DNA of 64,000 nucleotides from Squalus acanthias (lineage: Eukaryota): positions 45,818,001-45,882,000 of the forward strand of contig CM059447.1 of assembly GCA_030390025.1 (NCBI GenBank), read 5' to 3'. This document shows, piece after piece, positions 13,354 to 26,324 of this stretch (the first letter of the stretch is position 1; each line of letters starts with the position of its first letter). A program made the translations under genes and the position numbers. The notes beneath the pieces are model-generated. The model had not been told where the DNA came from, searched no databases, and saw nothing but the letters and a program-made list of their open reading frames with translations.

Positions 13354-14840
13354 TGAATCTGTTATTGACCTTTCCATTGGTAAAGGAGGCCTCAAAGTTT
13401 GACTTTTTCTGGTAAAGTTCTGGTTGATTGTGAATAGCAAACACAACATCACAGTTGTCTAGCAGCATTGACCACAAGATATTTGTGACATTGCCATGGT
13501 AGATCCTGCTTTGAGGCTGTCTGTCTTGCAGGGTCAACCTAAACCGATTTATAAAGTGTGCTTTACTGTCTGTCTAATAGATAGCCAAAGGATTGTACAT
13601 TTACATTCAATGGTTAGGGTGTGTCAGAATATTGTAAGAGGGTCTTCTGTTCGTGTGGTAACTAAATGCTGCTTTGCACTAGTCGACACGGAGACTGGTC
13701 AAAGTAAAACCTGAGGATGTTAGTTAAAGCGGCAGAGACACTGAGTTACATGGGCTGTGGAGATGAGATGGTAGAGCTACATTTGGTCATTTAATGTTTT
13801 TAAGAGTTGGTTATGGCAATTACTGCATGCTTTTCTCTTTGGGATAGAAGGGAATTTGTGTGCTCTTAGATTAACTTGAATTTGTATTTGGAAATGTCGA
13901 TGCCCAGTCAACAGAGGTCTGAAGGTGACCGTGGGAGCTTGGGACTGATGGTGAAATGACTGAGCAGACAGCAGTGATAAGTGTACGGAAGAGCATTATG
14001 TTGCTGCCTGTCGCTGGTGCAGTTTTTCATCCACTACAGAGGGATTAAACGGCATTTGGAACTCTCCTACCTGTAGGGCTGTGTATCGGCTAATGGAAAC
14101 GAGTCCATCTGTGTAATTTGTGACTCAGTATATTGCAGTAGTTGTTTTGTGTCCCAATGTCTGTGACAGTAACACACATTGATGCAATCCCTGTAAAAAT
14201 GGAACGTGACACCCATCTAATTTCATTTCTTAAGTAAAAGTCATTCAATCAGCAGAGGGGCACTGACACTGAGTGAGCTGCCTTCACTTACTGCCCCTGC
14301 CCGCTTCCTTATTCATTTAGTTTCTTTCCCCTTGTTCTCCTCCCTGTTGCACCGTATTTGCTCTTGGACCAGATAAGTCTATTTCTGTTGCAATCAAATT
14401 CTTTCACATCAAGCTCTACAGCACCTCCCAGTTTTCTGTTTCGACAAAGTAATCTATATCCTTGTATGTTTTACCCAACCCGCGTCATCATTGAACCAGG
14501 TCTCTGTGATGTCTCTAATAACATAGCTTGCCTCTCCAGCCAGCACCTCCTCGGGTCTCCCATTTTATTCCTAGGATTCCCAGTATTCCTATATGAAACT
14601 GATGATCCATTTCCCCCCTTCAGAGAGATGATTTGTCATTATTTCCCCATGTGGTTATATCCTTACACTCTGCACACTTACCTGCTGCATCAATGTCTGC
14701 ATTTCAAAAAATATTGCTCTTGGGTAGGGGTGTTTGCTGATGATTCCACAGTGTTCAGCTCCATATATTGGCCATCCTTGAGTTCCATTTCTTAAGTAAA
14801 AGTCATTCAATCAGTAGAGGGATACTGACACTGGCCATCC

Positions 14841-15886
14841 GTCGCCTCCAGTCCAGATCCAAGGTCGTCCCATCCTCTGTCGTCGAATTACAGTATACGG
14901 ACGACGCTTGCGTCTGCGCTCACTCGGAGGTCAAACTCCAAACCATCGTCAACACCTTCACCGAAGCGTACGAGAGCATGGGCCTTACACTAAACATCCG
15001 TAAGACAAAGGTCCTCTACCAACCTGCCCCCGCCACACAGTACTGCCCCCCGATTATCAAAATCCACGACAAGGCCTTGGACAACGTGGACCACTTTCCA
15101 TACCTCGGGAGCCTACTGTCAACAAGGGCAGACGTCGATGACGAAGTCCAACACCGCCTTCAGTGTGCCAGTGCAGCCTTTGGTCGCCTGAGGAAGAGAG
15201 TGTTTGAAGACCAGGACCTCAAACCCGGCACTAAGCTCATGGTCTACAGAGCAGCAGTGATACCCGCCCTGCTGTATGCCTCAGAGACATGGACCATGTA
15301 CAGCAGGCACCTCAAAGCACTGGAGAGGTACCACCAACGCTGCCTCCGCAAGATCCTGCAAATTCATTGGCAGGATAGGCGCACCGACGTCAGTGTTCTT
15401 GCTCATGCCAACATCCCCAGCATCGAAAGCTTTGACCACGCTCGATCAGCTCCGATGGACGGGTCACATTGTCCGCATGCCCGATACGAGACTCCCAAAA
15501 CAAGCGCTCTACTCGGAGCTCCGGCACAGCAAGAGAGCCCCAGGTGGGCAGAGGAACCGCTTCAAGGACACCCTCAAAGCCTCCTTGGAAAAAGTGTAAC
15601 ATCCCCACCGACACCTGGGAATCCCTGGCCCAAGACCGTACAAAGTGGAGGAGAAGCATCCGGGAAGGCGTCGACCACCTCGAGCCTCTTTGCCGGGAGC
15701 AAGCGGAAGCCAAGCGCAAGGAGCGCACGTCAACCCAAGCACCCCACCCACCCGCCCCTTCAACCACCGTCTGCCCCACCTGTGACAGAGACTGTAGGTC
15801 CCGCATTGGACTCATCAGTCACCTGAGAACTCATTTTTAATGTGGAAGCAAGTCATCCTCGGTTCCGAGGGACTGCCTAAGAAGAT
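14841..15886 (+). mobile_element. 5'-truncated RTE-clade LINE, little decayed
   Basis: LQYTDDA, GLTLNIRKTKV, FPYLGS, LLYASETWT, QLRWTGHIVRMPDTRLPKQ; C-terminal CPTC...HLRTH finger; TSD ACTGGCCATCC (14830-40) / ATTGGCCATCC (15887-97). Confidence 0.9.
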
Positions 15887-15889
15887 ATT

Positions 15890-16862
15890 GGCCATCCCTA
15901 GTTGCCCCTGAGAAGGTGGTGGTGGGCGTTCTTGAACTGCTATAATCCGTGTGGTGAAGGTGCTCCCACAGTGCAATTAGTTCGGGAATTCCAGGATTCT
16001 GACCCAGTGACGATGAAGGAATGATTTTATGTCTAAGTCAGGATGTTGCATGACTCGGAGGGGAATTTGAAGATGATTGTCTTCCAGCTACATTGCTGCC
16101 CTGTTCTTCTTGGTATTTGGAGGGGGTGGTGGGGTTGCTGTCCAAGTGACTTTGGTGCATTGCTGCAGTGCATCCTGTAGATTGTACATACTGCAGCCGC
16201 AGTGTGCCGGGGGTGGGGGGGAGATATTGAGTCAGTCACAAGGGCAGCAATCAAGCTCTGTCCTGGATGGTATTGAGCTTAGAGTGTTGTTGTGGCTGCA
16301 CTCATCCAAATGAATGGTGAGTGTTCATCATACTTCTGAGTTGAGCCTTGTAGATGGTGAAGATGTTTTGAGGGATAAGGACATCAGCCACTCATAGCAC
16401 AATACCCAGCCTCTATCCTGTTCTTGTAGCCATGCAGTTGATATGGCTGGTCCAGTTCCGTTTCTGGTCAAAGGGTGTTAATGGTGTGGGGGACTTGGCG
16501 ATGTCGGTGCCATTGAAGGTCAAGGAGAAATGGTTGGGCTTTCTCTTGTTTGAGATGGTCATTATCTGGCACTTGTGTGGCATGAATGTTACCTTCCAGT
16601 TGTCAGCCTGGGTGTTATCCAGGTCCTGTTGTAGGCTGGCATGGGCTGCTTCATTATCGGCGGAGTTGTGAATGGAGCTGAACACCGTGGAATTATTAGC
16701 AAACAGCCCCATTTCTGACCTCGTGACGAGGGAAAGTCATTGATGAAGTAGCTGAAGATAGTTGGGTTGAGGCCACTTCCTTCCTGCATTGATGTCCTGG
16801 GGCTGTGACAACTGGCCTCCAACAACCACAGGTATATGTCAGGTATGGCTCCAGCAGTTGGA
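15890..16862 (-). mobile_element. CR1-group LINE 3' fragment (same family as 42572-43980)
   Basis: GLFANNSTVF, LQQDLDN, VCTIYRMHCSN; 3' end AGGGCAACTAGGGATGG. Confidence 0.8.
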
Positions 16863-16874
16863 GGGTATTGCAGA

Positions 16875-17895
16875 AGATTAATGGGTATGGAATTAGGAGG
16901 AGAATAGCAAACTGGATTAAAAATTAGTTGGGAAGAAAACAGCAAAGGGCAGTTTTTTGGTGTGGTTGGAAGTGGGTAGTGGTGTCCCACAGAGTTCAGT
17001 TCTGGGGCCGCTTCTGCTCACTGTGTCTATCAATGATTTGGATTCAGGCCTAGAGGGAATGGTGTTGATATTTGCTGCTGATAAAATAGGAGGGATGGTT
17101 AATTCATTAGCAGACCAAAGGAAGCTACAAAGACATATTGATCAATGGGGCATGCGCTAAAATGTGGCAGACTAATCTGGAAAGACAGTACACTATAAAT
17201 GGCACGATTTTGAAAAGTGTAGATCAGCAGAGAGACCTTGGTGCCCATATACACAAAACCTTAAAGGTGGTTAATAAAGCATGAGTTACTTGGGTTTATA
17301 AATAGAGGAATAGAATATAAAAGCAAAAAGATCCTGCTCGAACTTTATAAATCACTGGTTAGGCCTCAGCTGGAGTATTGTGGACAATTCTGGGCCCCAC
17401 ACTTCAGGAAAGATGCAAAGGCCTTAGAAAGGGTTCAGAGGAGGTTTACCAGGATGTTACCAGGGATGAGGGACTTCAGTTGTGAGGAGAGGTTAGAAAA
17501 GTTCGGACTGTTCTCCTTTGAACAGAGAAGGTTAAGAGGAGACCTAATGAGGTTTACAAGATGATGAGGTTTTGATAGAGTAGATAGAAAAAAACTATTC
17601 CCTCTGGCGAGTGGGTCAATAACCAGAGATCAGAGATTCAAAATCATTGGCAAAAATCTACAGGGGAGATTCAGAGAGTTGTGGGGATCTGGAACGCTCG
17701 AGCTGAAACAGTGGTGGAAGTGGATTCCATCAATAATTTTAAAAAGGGAGTTGGACGGTACTGGAGGATGAGGAGCTCACAGGGTTACGGACAAAAGGCG
17801 GGGATGTGGGACTGAGCACGACTGCTCTTTCAAAGAGCCGGCACAGGCACGATGGGCCGAATGGCCTCCTTCTGTGCTGTAAGTTTCTATGATTC
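16875..17895 (+). mobile_element. CR1 3' fragment, same subfamily as 5060-5798
   Basis: SGVPQSSVLGPLL; 17197-17890 is near-identical to 5067-5797. Confidence 0.9.
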
Positions 17896-19439
17896 TTTGG
17901 GATGGCACATGATACCTTCCAGTAGCCATTGTACAGAGTAAGGGTTCTCTGTTACAACCCAGGTCTCACTATCATTTAACTGGATATTGGACAGAAAGAG
18001 GCGCACTCTGGATCACTGGGGACATGGTCACTGGGGACATGGTCAGTTTGCAGGAGTAATGCTGAGAAAATATAAAGCGTAAAAATCCAAATCTATGGAA
18101 TTGTGCTACTGCTAGGTAACCGTGCATCGGAGACGGTGCAGAACAGGCAAACCAACGGATGCTGAGCTTCAGGTCTCCGAGGAGTAGTTGAGCAGCCTGG
18201 CGTAGTTCACTCTGGAAAAGCGAGGCTGAGGGGAGAGACTCGGGATTCTTAAGGGGTTGAGCAAATGGAACCTCACTGAGATGGACAACAACTCAACCTA
18301 GGGGAAATGGACTCGTGCTTGGAAGAGGGAAGGGTTCGGGACAGTGTGGATTGGACTACTTTACACAGAGGCTGGTGAACATGCGGAATGGACTGATTGG
18401 GGTGGGAGATCATGTAGAAAACTTTGCGGGAGAATTGGAGACAGATTTGAGGGAATGGGTGATTGAAAAATACTCCCCTTTGGGGACTGTGTGGATAGAC
18501 CGCCGATGCTGTTCTGATCCTGTACTTCCCCATGTTTCTTTTCATCTTAAAACACTTCTTCCCAAGGAAGCTGCATAAACTAATGAATTTGTGCAACAAA
18601 AAGGGAGGAATTTAGCAAACTTTTCTGAACAGTTGGGAATGGTGGGGTGTAAATTTAGAGAGAGAGAGAAAAAGTAGTGTTTTGTGCTCCTCGGTTTAAA
18701 ATGTAATGATGAAAAAATGCTGAAAATGAGTACTTTTATTGAAGGGCTAATAACTAGTGGAGCTGCCCTCCAGCCCTGACCAATTTAATATCCAGAATTC
18801 AGAAACTTATTGCAGCCTTGGGTAATGCAGATGGAAGGGCTCTTCATTAAAGGAGATTGCAATTTTGGTCTTAATCCTGGCTTTTCTTATTTCTTTTCAT
18901 GATGATCATAATAGAGCCCTGACTTTGTGATATTCTACACACTGTCTGATAGTGATCTGACTTTCAGTGATCTTCTACTTGGACATGACCAGGAAAAGCA
19001 TTTGATTGAAGCTGTGTATTGGATTGAAGGGTGCGTGGTACTCTGTGGGATGGGATAATGGCTCACAGAGAACAGTGTGGAAGAATTCTAAAGTACTGTG
19101 AACTTCTGAATAACTGAAACGAAAAGCAAGCATTGGTTTCAGGGCACTATTACATTTCCGTTGTGAACGTGCAACAAAGCACTCTGCACGTGAAACGGCC
19201 GGGAGGACCAATTGCACGTTCTGTCGGTTTATGCACCAGGAACAGTAAAGAAGGTTCTTGCTGTCCTACTTAACTGCAGTGTGCCCTGCTTGCCTTGGAT
19301 TTTGGCTTCTATAAGAACTTTTTCAGAAGAGGAAACAGCCATCAAGCCTGCTCCTTTTTTATTTTGGCAATCAAATGGACTAGTTATAAATGGGAAAAGA
19401 CTGACGTGAAAGTAGCTTAGACAAAAAAAAAGAGAAAGT

Positions 19440-20165
19440 AGTAATATTTTAGAAGGTTAAAATGAGTGTGGGAAATAAACTGGAAGCAATTATTTTACAG
19501 AAGATCTAAACTTAATAGCACTGACAGAAGCCTGGAATAGAAAAGATAAGAAAGGAGGCGGAGTGGCAATATTGGTAAAGGAAGGAACATGTTGTAGAGG
19601 GGGTGATGGAGACAAGGAAGGGGGCAGACAGACTCTATGGTTGGAGCTCAAAGATAAAAAGGGCTTGTTCCATTAGTCGGGGTGTATTACACATCTCCAA
19701 ATTGTGGGGAGGAAATGGAAGAGGAATCTGCAGTCAGATTAGAGAGATCAGTAGGAATAACAATGATTGTTCTGGGAGATTTTTTATTATCTGCTTATTG
19801 ATTGGGACAGAGAGGGAGTAAATGGAGAAAAGGGAATGGAATTCCTGCAATGTATACAGGACTCTTTTCTCAAGCAGTATGTTAGTCGGCCTACAGGGGC
19901 GGAGATGTTGCTCGATCTGGTTCCTAGTAATGAAATAGATCAGGTAGATGAGCTATATGTGGGTGAGCACCAAGGAAGCAGTGACCACAATATGATGAGA
20001 TTTAAGATTCAACTACTTCAGTTGTCTGGAGAAGCTGGGGTTGTTCTCCTTAGAGCAGAGAAGGTTAGGGGGAGATTTAATAGAAGTGTTCAAAATCATA
20101 AAATGGTTTTGATAGAGTAAATAAGGAGAAACTGTTTTCAGTGGCAGAAGGGTCAGTAACCAGAA
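19440..20165 (+). mobile_element. Decayed CR1 endonuclease and 3' fragments
   Basis: EFLQCIQDSFLKQYVSRPT...SDHNM; 3' CR1 piece at ~20025-20165. Confidence 0.7.
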
Positions 20166-21096
20166 GAAATGATTGGGGAGACAGGTAGCAGCGAGGTGTA
20201 TTCTGGGGCAGTGTGCTCAGGTGGTGGGGTGGGAGGAGGGTGGGCTGCACCTGAACCGGCTGGCCCTAGATCCCAGGGGAAAGGATGACTAGGAGTGTAG
20301 AAAGGACTTTAAACCAATAAAGCGGGGGTGGGGGCGCTCAGGCAGAAATAATAGTTAAAGTAGCCTAAAGGTAAGAAAAAGGGACGTAAGAAAAGTCCAG
20401 ATGATAATGTTAAAGATAATATAAATACGTCCGGTTCATTAAAAAAAAACAAATAATGGATAAAAATACAACAAGAGCGATGGAAAAACAAGGCGTGTGA
20501 TAAGTTAAAATGTGTGAGAAAACAGCATATGGGCAGAAGGGCAGAACAGGGTCTGTTACCCAAATAAGAGTTTTAGACACGAATGTACGTAACGTTAGGA
20601 ATAAAACAAGTGAATTGGAAGCGCAAATTCAGCTAAAAGGGTCTGACGTGGCCATCACTGAGACCAGGCTACAAACTGGTTATGACTGGGGGATAAATAT
20701 TCCAGGTTATAAGGTCTTTAGAAAGGGCAGGGACATTGGAAAAGGAGGAGTAGCGATATTGATAATGGACCACTATTACAGCATTAGAAAGAGTGGATAT
20801 CAGTAAGGGTGAGCAGGCAGTGGAAACATTCTGGGTAGAATTGAGGAATAGAGAAAGATTCAAGACGTTGCTGAGAGTTGTCCATAGACCTGAGAGCAGT
20901 GATAAAGTGGGCTGCATAAACACGGAGATCAGAGAAGCTCGTTGCAAAAACAGAGTAATTATAATGGGAGACTTTAATTTTCACACAGACTGGGAGAAGC
21001 AGAACAATTCGAGTCCCAAAGGCAGCGAATTTCTTGTGTAGTCGAGACAGTTTTCTGGAACAATATGTTTTTGAACTAACAAGACAACAGGCCATA

Positions 21097-21301
21097 AATA
21101 AAAACACAAAATGCTGGAAACACTCAGCAGGTCAGGCAGCATCTGCGGAGGGAAACAGAGTTAACGTTTCAGGTCGATGACCTTTCATCAGAACTCGCTC
21201 TCTCTCTCTCTCTCTCCCCACAAATGCTGCCTGACCTGATTAATTCCAGCATTTTCTGTTTTTATTTCTGATTTCCAGCATCCGCAGTATTTTGTTTTTG
21301 T
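21097..21301 (-). mobile_element. Short fold-back Penelope-derived insertion
   Basis: Inverted arms AAAATGCTGGAA..CAGGTCAGGCAGCAT / ATGCTGCCTGACCTG..TTCCAGCATTTT; matches the Penelope tail at 39219-39305; 16-bp TSD AAGACAACAGGCCATA (21081-96) / AAGAGAACAGACCATA (21302-17). Confidence 0.8.
21158..21196 (-). ncRNA. Minimal type-I hammerhead ribozyme motif
   Basis: Minus strand reads GAGUU-CUGAUGA-A-AGGUC-AUC-GACCU-GAA-ACGU-U-AACUC: intact core, 5-bp stems I and II, palindromic ACGU as stem III. Confidence 0.75.
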
Positions 21302-21424
21302 AAGAGAACAGACCATATTAGAATTATTGATGAGTAATGAGCCAGAATTAGTCAACAGTCTAACGGTAAGGGAAAACCTCACTCAGTGACCATGATATGA
21401 TAGAATTCGACATTGGGTTTGAGA

Positions 21425-23120
21425 CTGTCAAATCTGCTGTCATCACCTCCCCCCCCCCCCCCCCCCCCCCCCCCCCGTCAAAAACCCACCCATGAGCCCT
21501 CTGTCATTGCAAACTACCGCCCCAGCTCCAACCTCCCTTTCCTCTCCAAATTCCTTGAATGTGTTGTCACCTCCCAAATCCGTGCCCATTTTGCCTGCAA
21601 CTCCATGTTTGAACCCTTCTTCAGTCAGGTTTCCATCCCTGCCACAGCACTAAAACAGCCCTTATCAAAGTCACAAATGGCATCCTATGTGACTGTGACT
21701 GTGGCAAACTATTCCTCCTCATCCTTCTCGACCTGTCTGCAGACTTTGACACGGTTCACCACATCCTTCTCCAACGCCTCTCCTCCATTGTCCAGCTGGG
21801 TGGGACTGCCCTCGCCTGGTTACATTCCTATCTATTCAGTCGTAGCCAGAGAATCTCCTGAAATGACTTCTCTTCCCGCTCCCGCACCATTACGGCTGGA
21901 ATCCCCCAAGGATCTATCATTGGCCCCCTCTTATTTCTCATCTACATGCTGCCCCTCAGCAACATCATCTGAAACAACGTCAGGTTCCACATGTACACTA
22001 ACAACGCCCAGCTCTACCTCTCCACCACCTCTCTCGACCCCTCACTGCTTCTGATTTGTCATGCTGCTAGTCCGACATCCAGTATTGGATGTGCACAAAT
22101 TTCCTCCAATTAAATATTGGGAAGACCGAAGCCATTGTCTTCAGTCCCCACCACAAACTCCGTTCTCTGGCCACCAACTCCATGCCTGTACCCTGGCCAC
22201 TGTCTGAGGCTGAACCAGACTACCATTTGCAACCTTGCCATCCTATTTGACCTTGAGCAGAGCCTCCGACCCCATATTCTCTCCATCACTAAGACTACCT
22301 ACTTCCACCTCCATAACAACACCCATCTCTGCCCCTGCCTCAGCTCATCTGCTGCCGAAACCCTCATCCATGCCTTTGTTACCTCTAGACTTGACTATTC
22401 CAATGCTCTCCTGACAGGCCTCCCATCATGCACCCTCTGTAAAAGTGGACACATCCAAAATTCTGTTGCCTGTATCCTAACTCGAACCAAGTCTCATTCA
22501 CCCTTCACCAATGTTCCATCTAAGCTGCACGGCTGCGCAGTAATGGGAAAGGTCCCATGCAGGCTGCTCACCGGCTTTTACATTGTAAGTACCTTTAAAT
22601 TTCTGCATGCACAGAAAATTAAAGAGACGGCACAGTAAAAGAATCAGGCCGCTCAGACCAAAGCACAGCTTATAGGGAACATTGCCTATCACCCCTGCGC
22701 TCGCTGACCTACATTGTCTCGGGCCTGGCAGCGCCTCGATTTTAAAATTCTCATCCTTGTTCTCAAATCCCTCCATGGCCTCGCCCCTCCCTATCTCTAA
22801 ATCCTCCTCCAGCTCTACAACCCTCTGAAATCTCTGCACTCCTCCAATTCTGGTCTCTTGTGCATCCCTGATTTACATCACTCCATCATTGGCGGCTGTG
22901 CCTTCAGCTGCCTTTGTCCTGAGCTCTGGAATTCCCTCCCTAAACCTCTCCGCCTCTCTACCTTTCCCCTTATAAGATGCTCGTTTAAAACCTACTACTT
23001 TGACCAAGCTTTTGATCACCTGTCCCAATATCTCTGTGGCTCGGTGCCAAATTTTGTATGATAATTGCTCCTTTGGACGTTTTATTACATTAAAGGCGCT
23101 ATATAAATATAAATTGTTGT
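21425..23120 (+). mobile_element. L2 LINE inserted in CR1
   Basis: ANYRPSSNLPFLSKFLE, ETLIHAFVTSRLDYSNALL, tail GCGCTATATAAATATAAATTGTTGTTG. Confidence 0.9.
22509..22684. mobile_element. hAT-type MITE (176 bp) inside L2
   Basis: TIR CAATGTTCCATCTAAGCTG / CAGCTTATAGGGAACATTG; 8-bp TSD CCCTTCAC / CCTATCAC (the other L2 copy has CCCATCAC at 2825). Confidence 0.85.
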
Positions 23121-26100
23121 TGAGAGGGAGACAGGTGAGTCACGACCCCAGGTTTTAAATTTAGGTAAGGCTGACTTAGGAGGGATGAGGCAGAAATTGA
23201 CCACAGTAGACTGGGCAGAATTATTAGCGGGTAAAACTACAGATGAACAGTGAGAGGTGTTCAAAGTAGTATTTGGTAGAATACAAGACCTGTACATACC
23301 CCTAAAGGGCAAGAGCGCTGCTTGTGTAATTAAGCAACCTTGGTCAATAAGGCAAGTGGGAGATAGTATAAAACTAAAGGAAAGGGCTTATACAAATGCA
23401 AAGAACAGTAGAGATCCTGCAGACTGGGAGAGATATAAAGAACAGCAAAGAGATACAAAAAAAGTTGTAAGAACTGCAAAAAGGGAATACGATTAAAAAA
23501 AAACTTGAGGGATGTTAAGGATAGCACTAAAAGTTTTTTACAAGTATGTTAAGAGAAAGAGGGTGGCTAAGAGCAGGTGATATTGTAACTGAAAATAAGG
23601 AAATGGCAGACTTTGCTGTATAATTACTTTGTATCGGTCTTCACCGTAGAGGAAGAGGATAAAGTACCAGAGATACAAGGAAAACTACAAATAAATCAAG
23701 GGGAGGAACTTTCTAGATTTAATAAAAGTTTTAAAAGAATTGGTAATGGAGAAAATAATGAGACTAAAGATAGACAAATCTCCAGGACCCAATGGATTCC
23801 ACCCCAGGGTATTACAAGAAGTAGGTGAGGAAATTGTAGATGCTTTAGTCATGATCTTCCAAAACACTCTTGATTCAGGAATTGTCCCCTTGAATTGGAA
23901 GATTGCCAATGTCACTCCATTATTTTAAAAGGGGAGGAGCGATAAACTAGGAAATTGTAAGCCTATTATTCTAACGTCTGTTGTGGAAGTTACTAGAATC
24001 TGTTATTAGGGACAGAGTGGCTGAGCACTTGGACAAATATGAACTGATCAGAGGGTAAAGGACAAGTCATGTCTAACGAACCTAGTTGAATTTTTTGAGG
24101 TGGTAATTGAGGGATGTTGTTTATCTGGACTTCAGAAGGCATTTGACTATATTTATCAATGACTTGGATGAAAGAATAGAGAGCCATATATCCAAGTTTG
24201 CTGACAACACTGTTAGGTGGCACAGTAAATAGTGTCTGGAAGCAAAAAGTTGCAAAGGGGCATTAATAGATTAAGTGAGTGGGCAAAACTGGCAGATGGA
24301 GTTCAGTGTGGGAAGGTGAGGTCATCCACTTTAGACCTAAAAGATAGATCAGAGTATTTTCTAAATGGCGAGAAGCTGGGAACTGTGGAGGAGCCGAGAG
24401 AGTTAGGGGTCCAAGTACAAAAATCACTAAAAGCTGGTGGACAGCAACAAAAAATAATTATAAAGGCTAATGGAATGTTGGCCTTTATCTCAGAGGGCTG
24501 GAATACAAAGGGGAGGAAGTTATACCATGGTTATATAAAGCTCTGGTTAAACCCCATCTGGACCCTGCGTTCAGTTCTGGGCTCCGCCCCTCAGGAAGGA
24601 TATATTGGCCTTGGAGGGGGTGCAGCACAGATTGACCAGAATGATACCGGGCGGGCTAAAAGGGTTAAATTATGAGGACAGGTTGCATAGACTAGGCTTG
24701 TATTCCCTTGAATATAGAGGATTAAAAGCAGATCTAATTAATGTCTTAAAGATAAAAGGATTTGATAGGGTAGATAGAAATGAACTATTTCCTCTGGTGG
24801 GGGGAGTCCAGAACAAGGGAGCATAACTTTAGAATTAGAGCCAGGCCATTCAGGAAGCACTTCTTCACACGAAGGGTAGTGGAAATCTGGAAAACTCCCC
24901 CCCAAAAAAGCTGTTGAGGCTGGGGGCTCAGTTGAAAATTTCAAAACGGAGATTGATAGATTTTTGTTGGGAAGGGTATCAAGGGATATGGAACAAAAGC
25001 GGGTAAATGGCGTTGAGGTACAGATCAGCTGTGATCTAATTGAGTGGCAGAACAGGCTCGACTGGCTGACTGGTCTCATTCCGTTCATATGTTCCTATGT
25101 TTTCGCAGATTCTCTTAGTGAGATGAGAATTTTGATTTGAAAAGATCCTTTGCTGAATTGGTCCTTTTTCTGTGTCCAGTTCCATGTGTTTCTGGCTGTG
25201 TGTTTCATCTCCCCTAGTAACTGAACCTTACCCAGGGACAGCTGCTCCCACAGCAGAGCACACTGTTTGAACACCATGTGTTCGGAGTGCCGTCAGTGAT
25301 TAAAGCAAGAGCAGGTGGAACCGCGCTGAGATCCAGGAAGCGCTGACTGCCCAGTGATGCACGTTCCCCAGTTAGTATAGCTTTTGTAATCAGGGTGAAT
25401 GGGGCTTAATACTGTGGTTTAATGAGGCGTTTACAGGCATCCTGCGGTTCAGATACAAGGCTTCACAATCCTGTACAAACCACGTGAAGTACACTCACTA
25501 CATTCCTGGTCTCGGTACAAAGATGTTTACAATGAGGTAATTATCACTGAATTAGACCATTATCACTGAATTAGACCTGTATCGCTGCAGTTTATCACAT
25601 TGTTGCCCTGCTGCCCACCCAATGTGTGAGCACAGACACAGTAGTTTCTAACCCTCTCAGTGCTGAATGTTGGGGTTTGTGCGGGGAGTTATTGGGGGTG
25701 GGGGTCATATGTGGAATTGTGGAATACCATGGGAGGAAATGGCAGGCCTCGGCACACCTGGCCAACCTGTCAATCGGGAATGGAATGTGGTGCTGGAGAG
25801 CAGAAATACTGCTCATGTGTGGAAAGAGCTGAAGGGCCAATCCAGGATATGTCCACGGTTGGAGACAGTGGGAGAGAAGCCAAAATACATTTAAAATAGT
25901 GGTTGAATGATGCAAGTTTGGAACCTGGAGATTTTTGGAGGGAGGAAGGGATTGGGGAGTTTTGCAATTTTGAGGTCTGGACAAGACTCTGAGTAGGGCA
26001 CTGTGCTGAGTCATAATCTTCAACACAGTGAGGATGTAGGGAAGAAGAAGATTGTGTAGGAGACTTGCATATATCATGTTTCTCCCCTTAATATCTCAAA

Positions 26101-26324
26101 GCAGTTGTATCCAGTGAATTATTGTGAAATGCAGTAACTGCTATGTAGCACAGCAAGATTCAACAAGCAATAGAGAGACAAATGACGAATTAATCTTTTA
26201 GCCATGATCTAATTGAATGGCTGCATAGGTTCAAGGGGCTGAATGACCTACTCATTGAGGGAGGAATGTTAGCCAATACTCTTTGAACAGTACCATGAGA
26301 CCTATCCACTAATCCACCTGTTAC

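Larger units (their letters stand above)
20545..25098 (+). mobile_element. CR1 LINE hosting nested Penelope-derived, L2 and hAT insertions
   Basis: NVRNVRNKTSELE, IIMGDFNF, KSPGPNGFHPRVL, WKIANVTPLF, KFADN; (ATGTTCCT) tail; interrupted at 21097-21301 and ~21425-23120. Confidence 0.88.
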
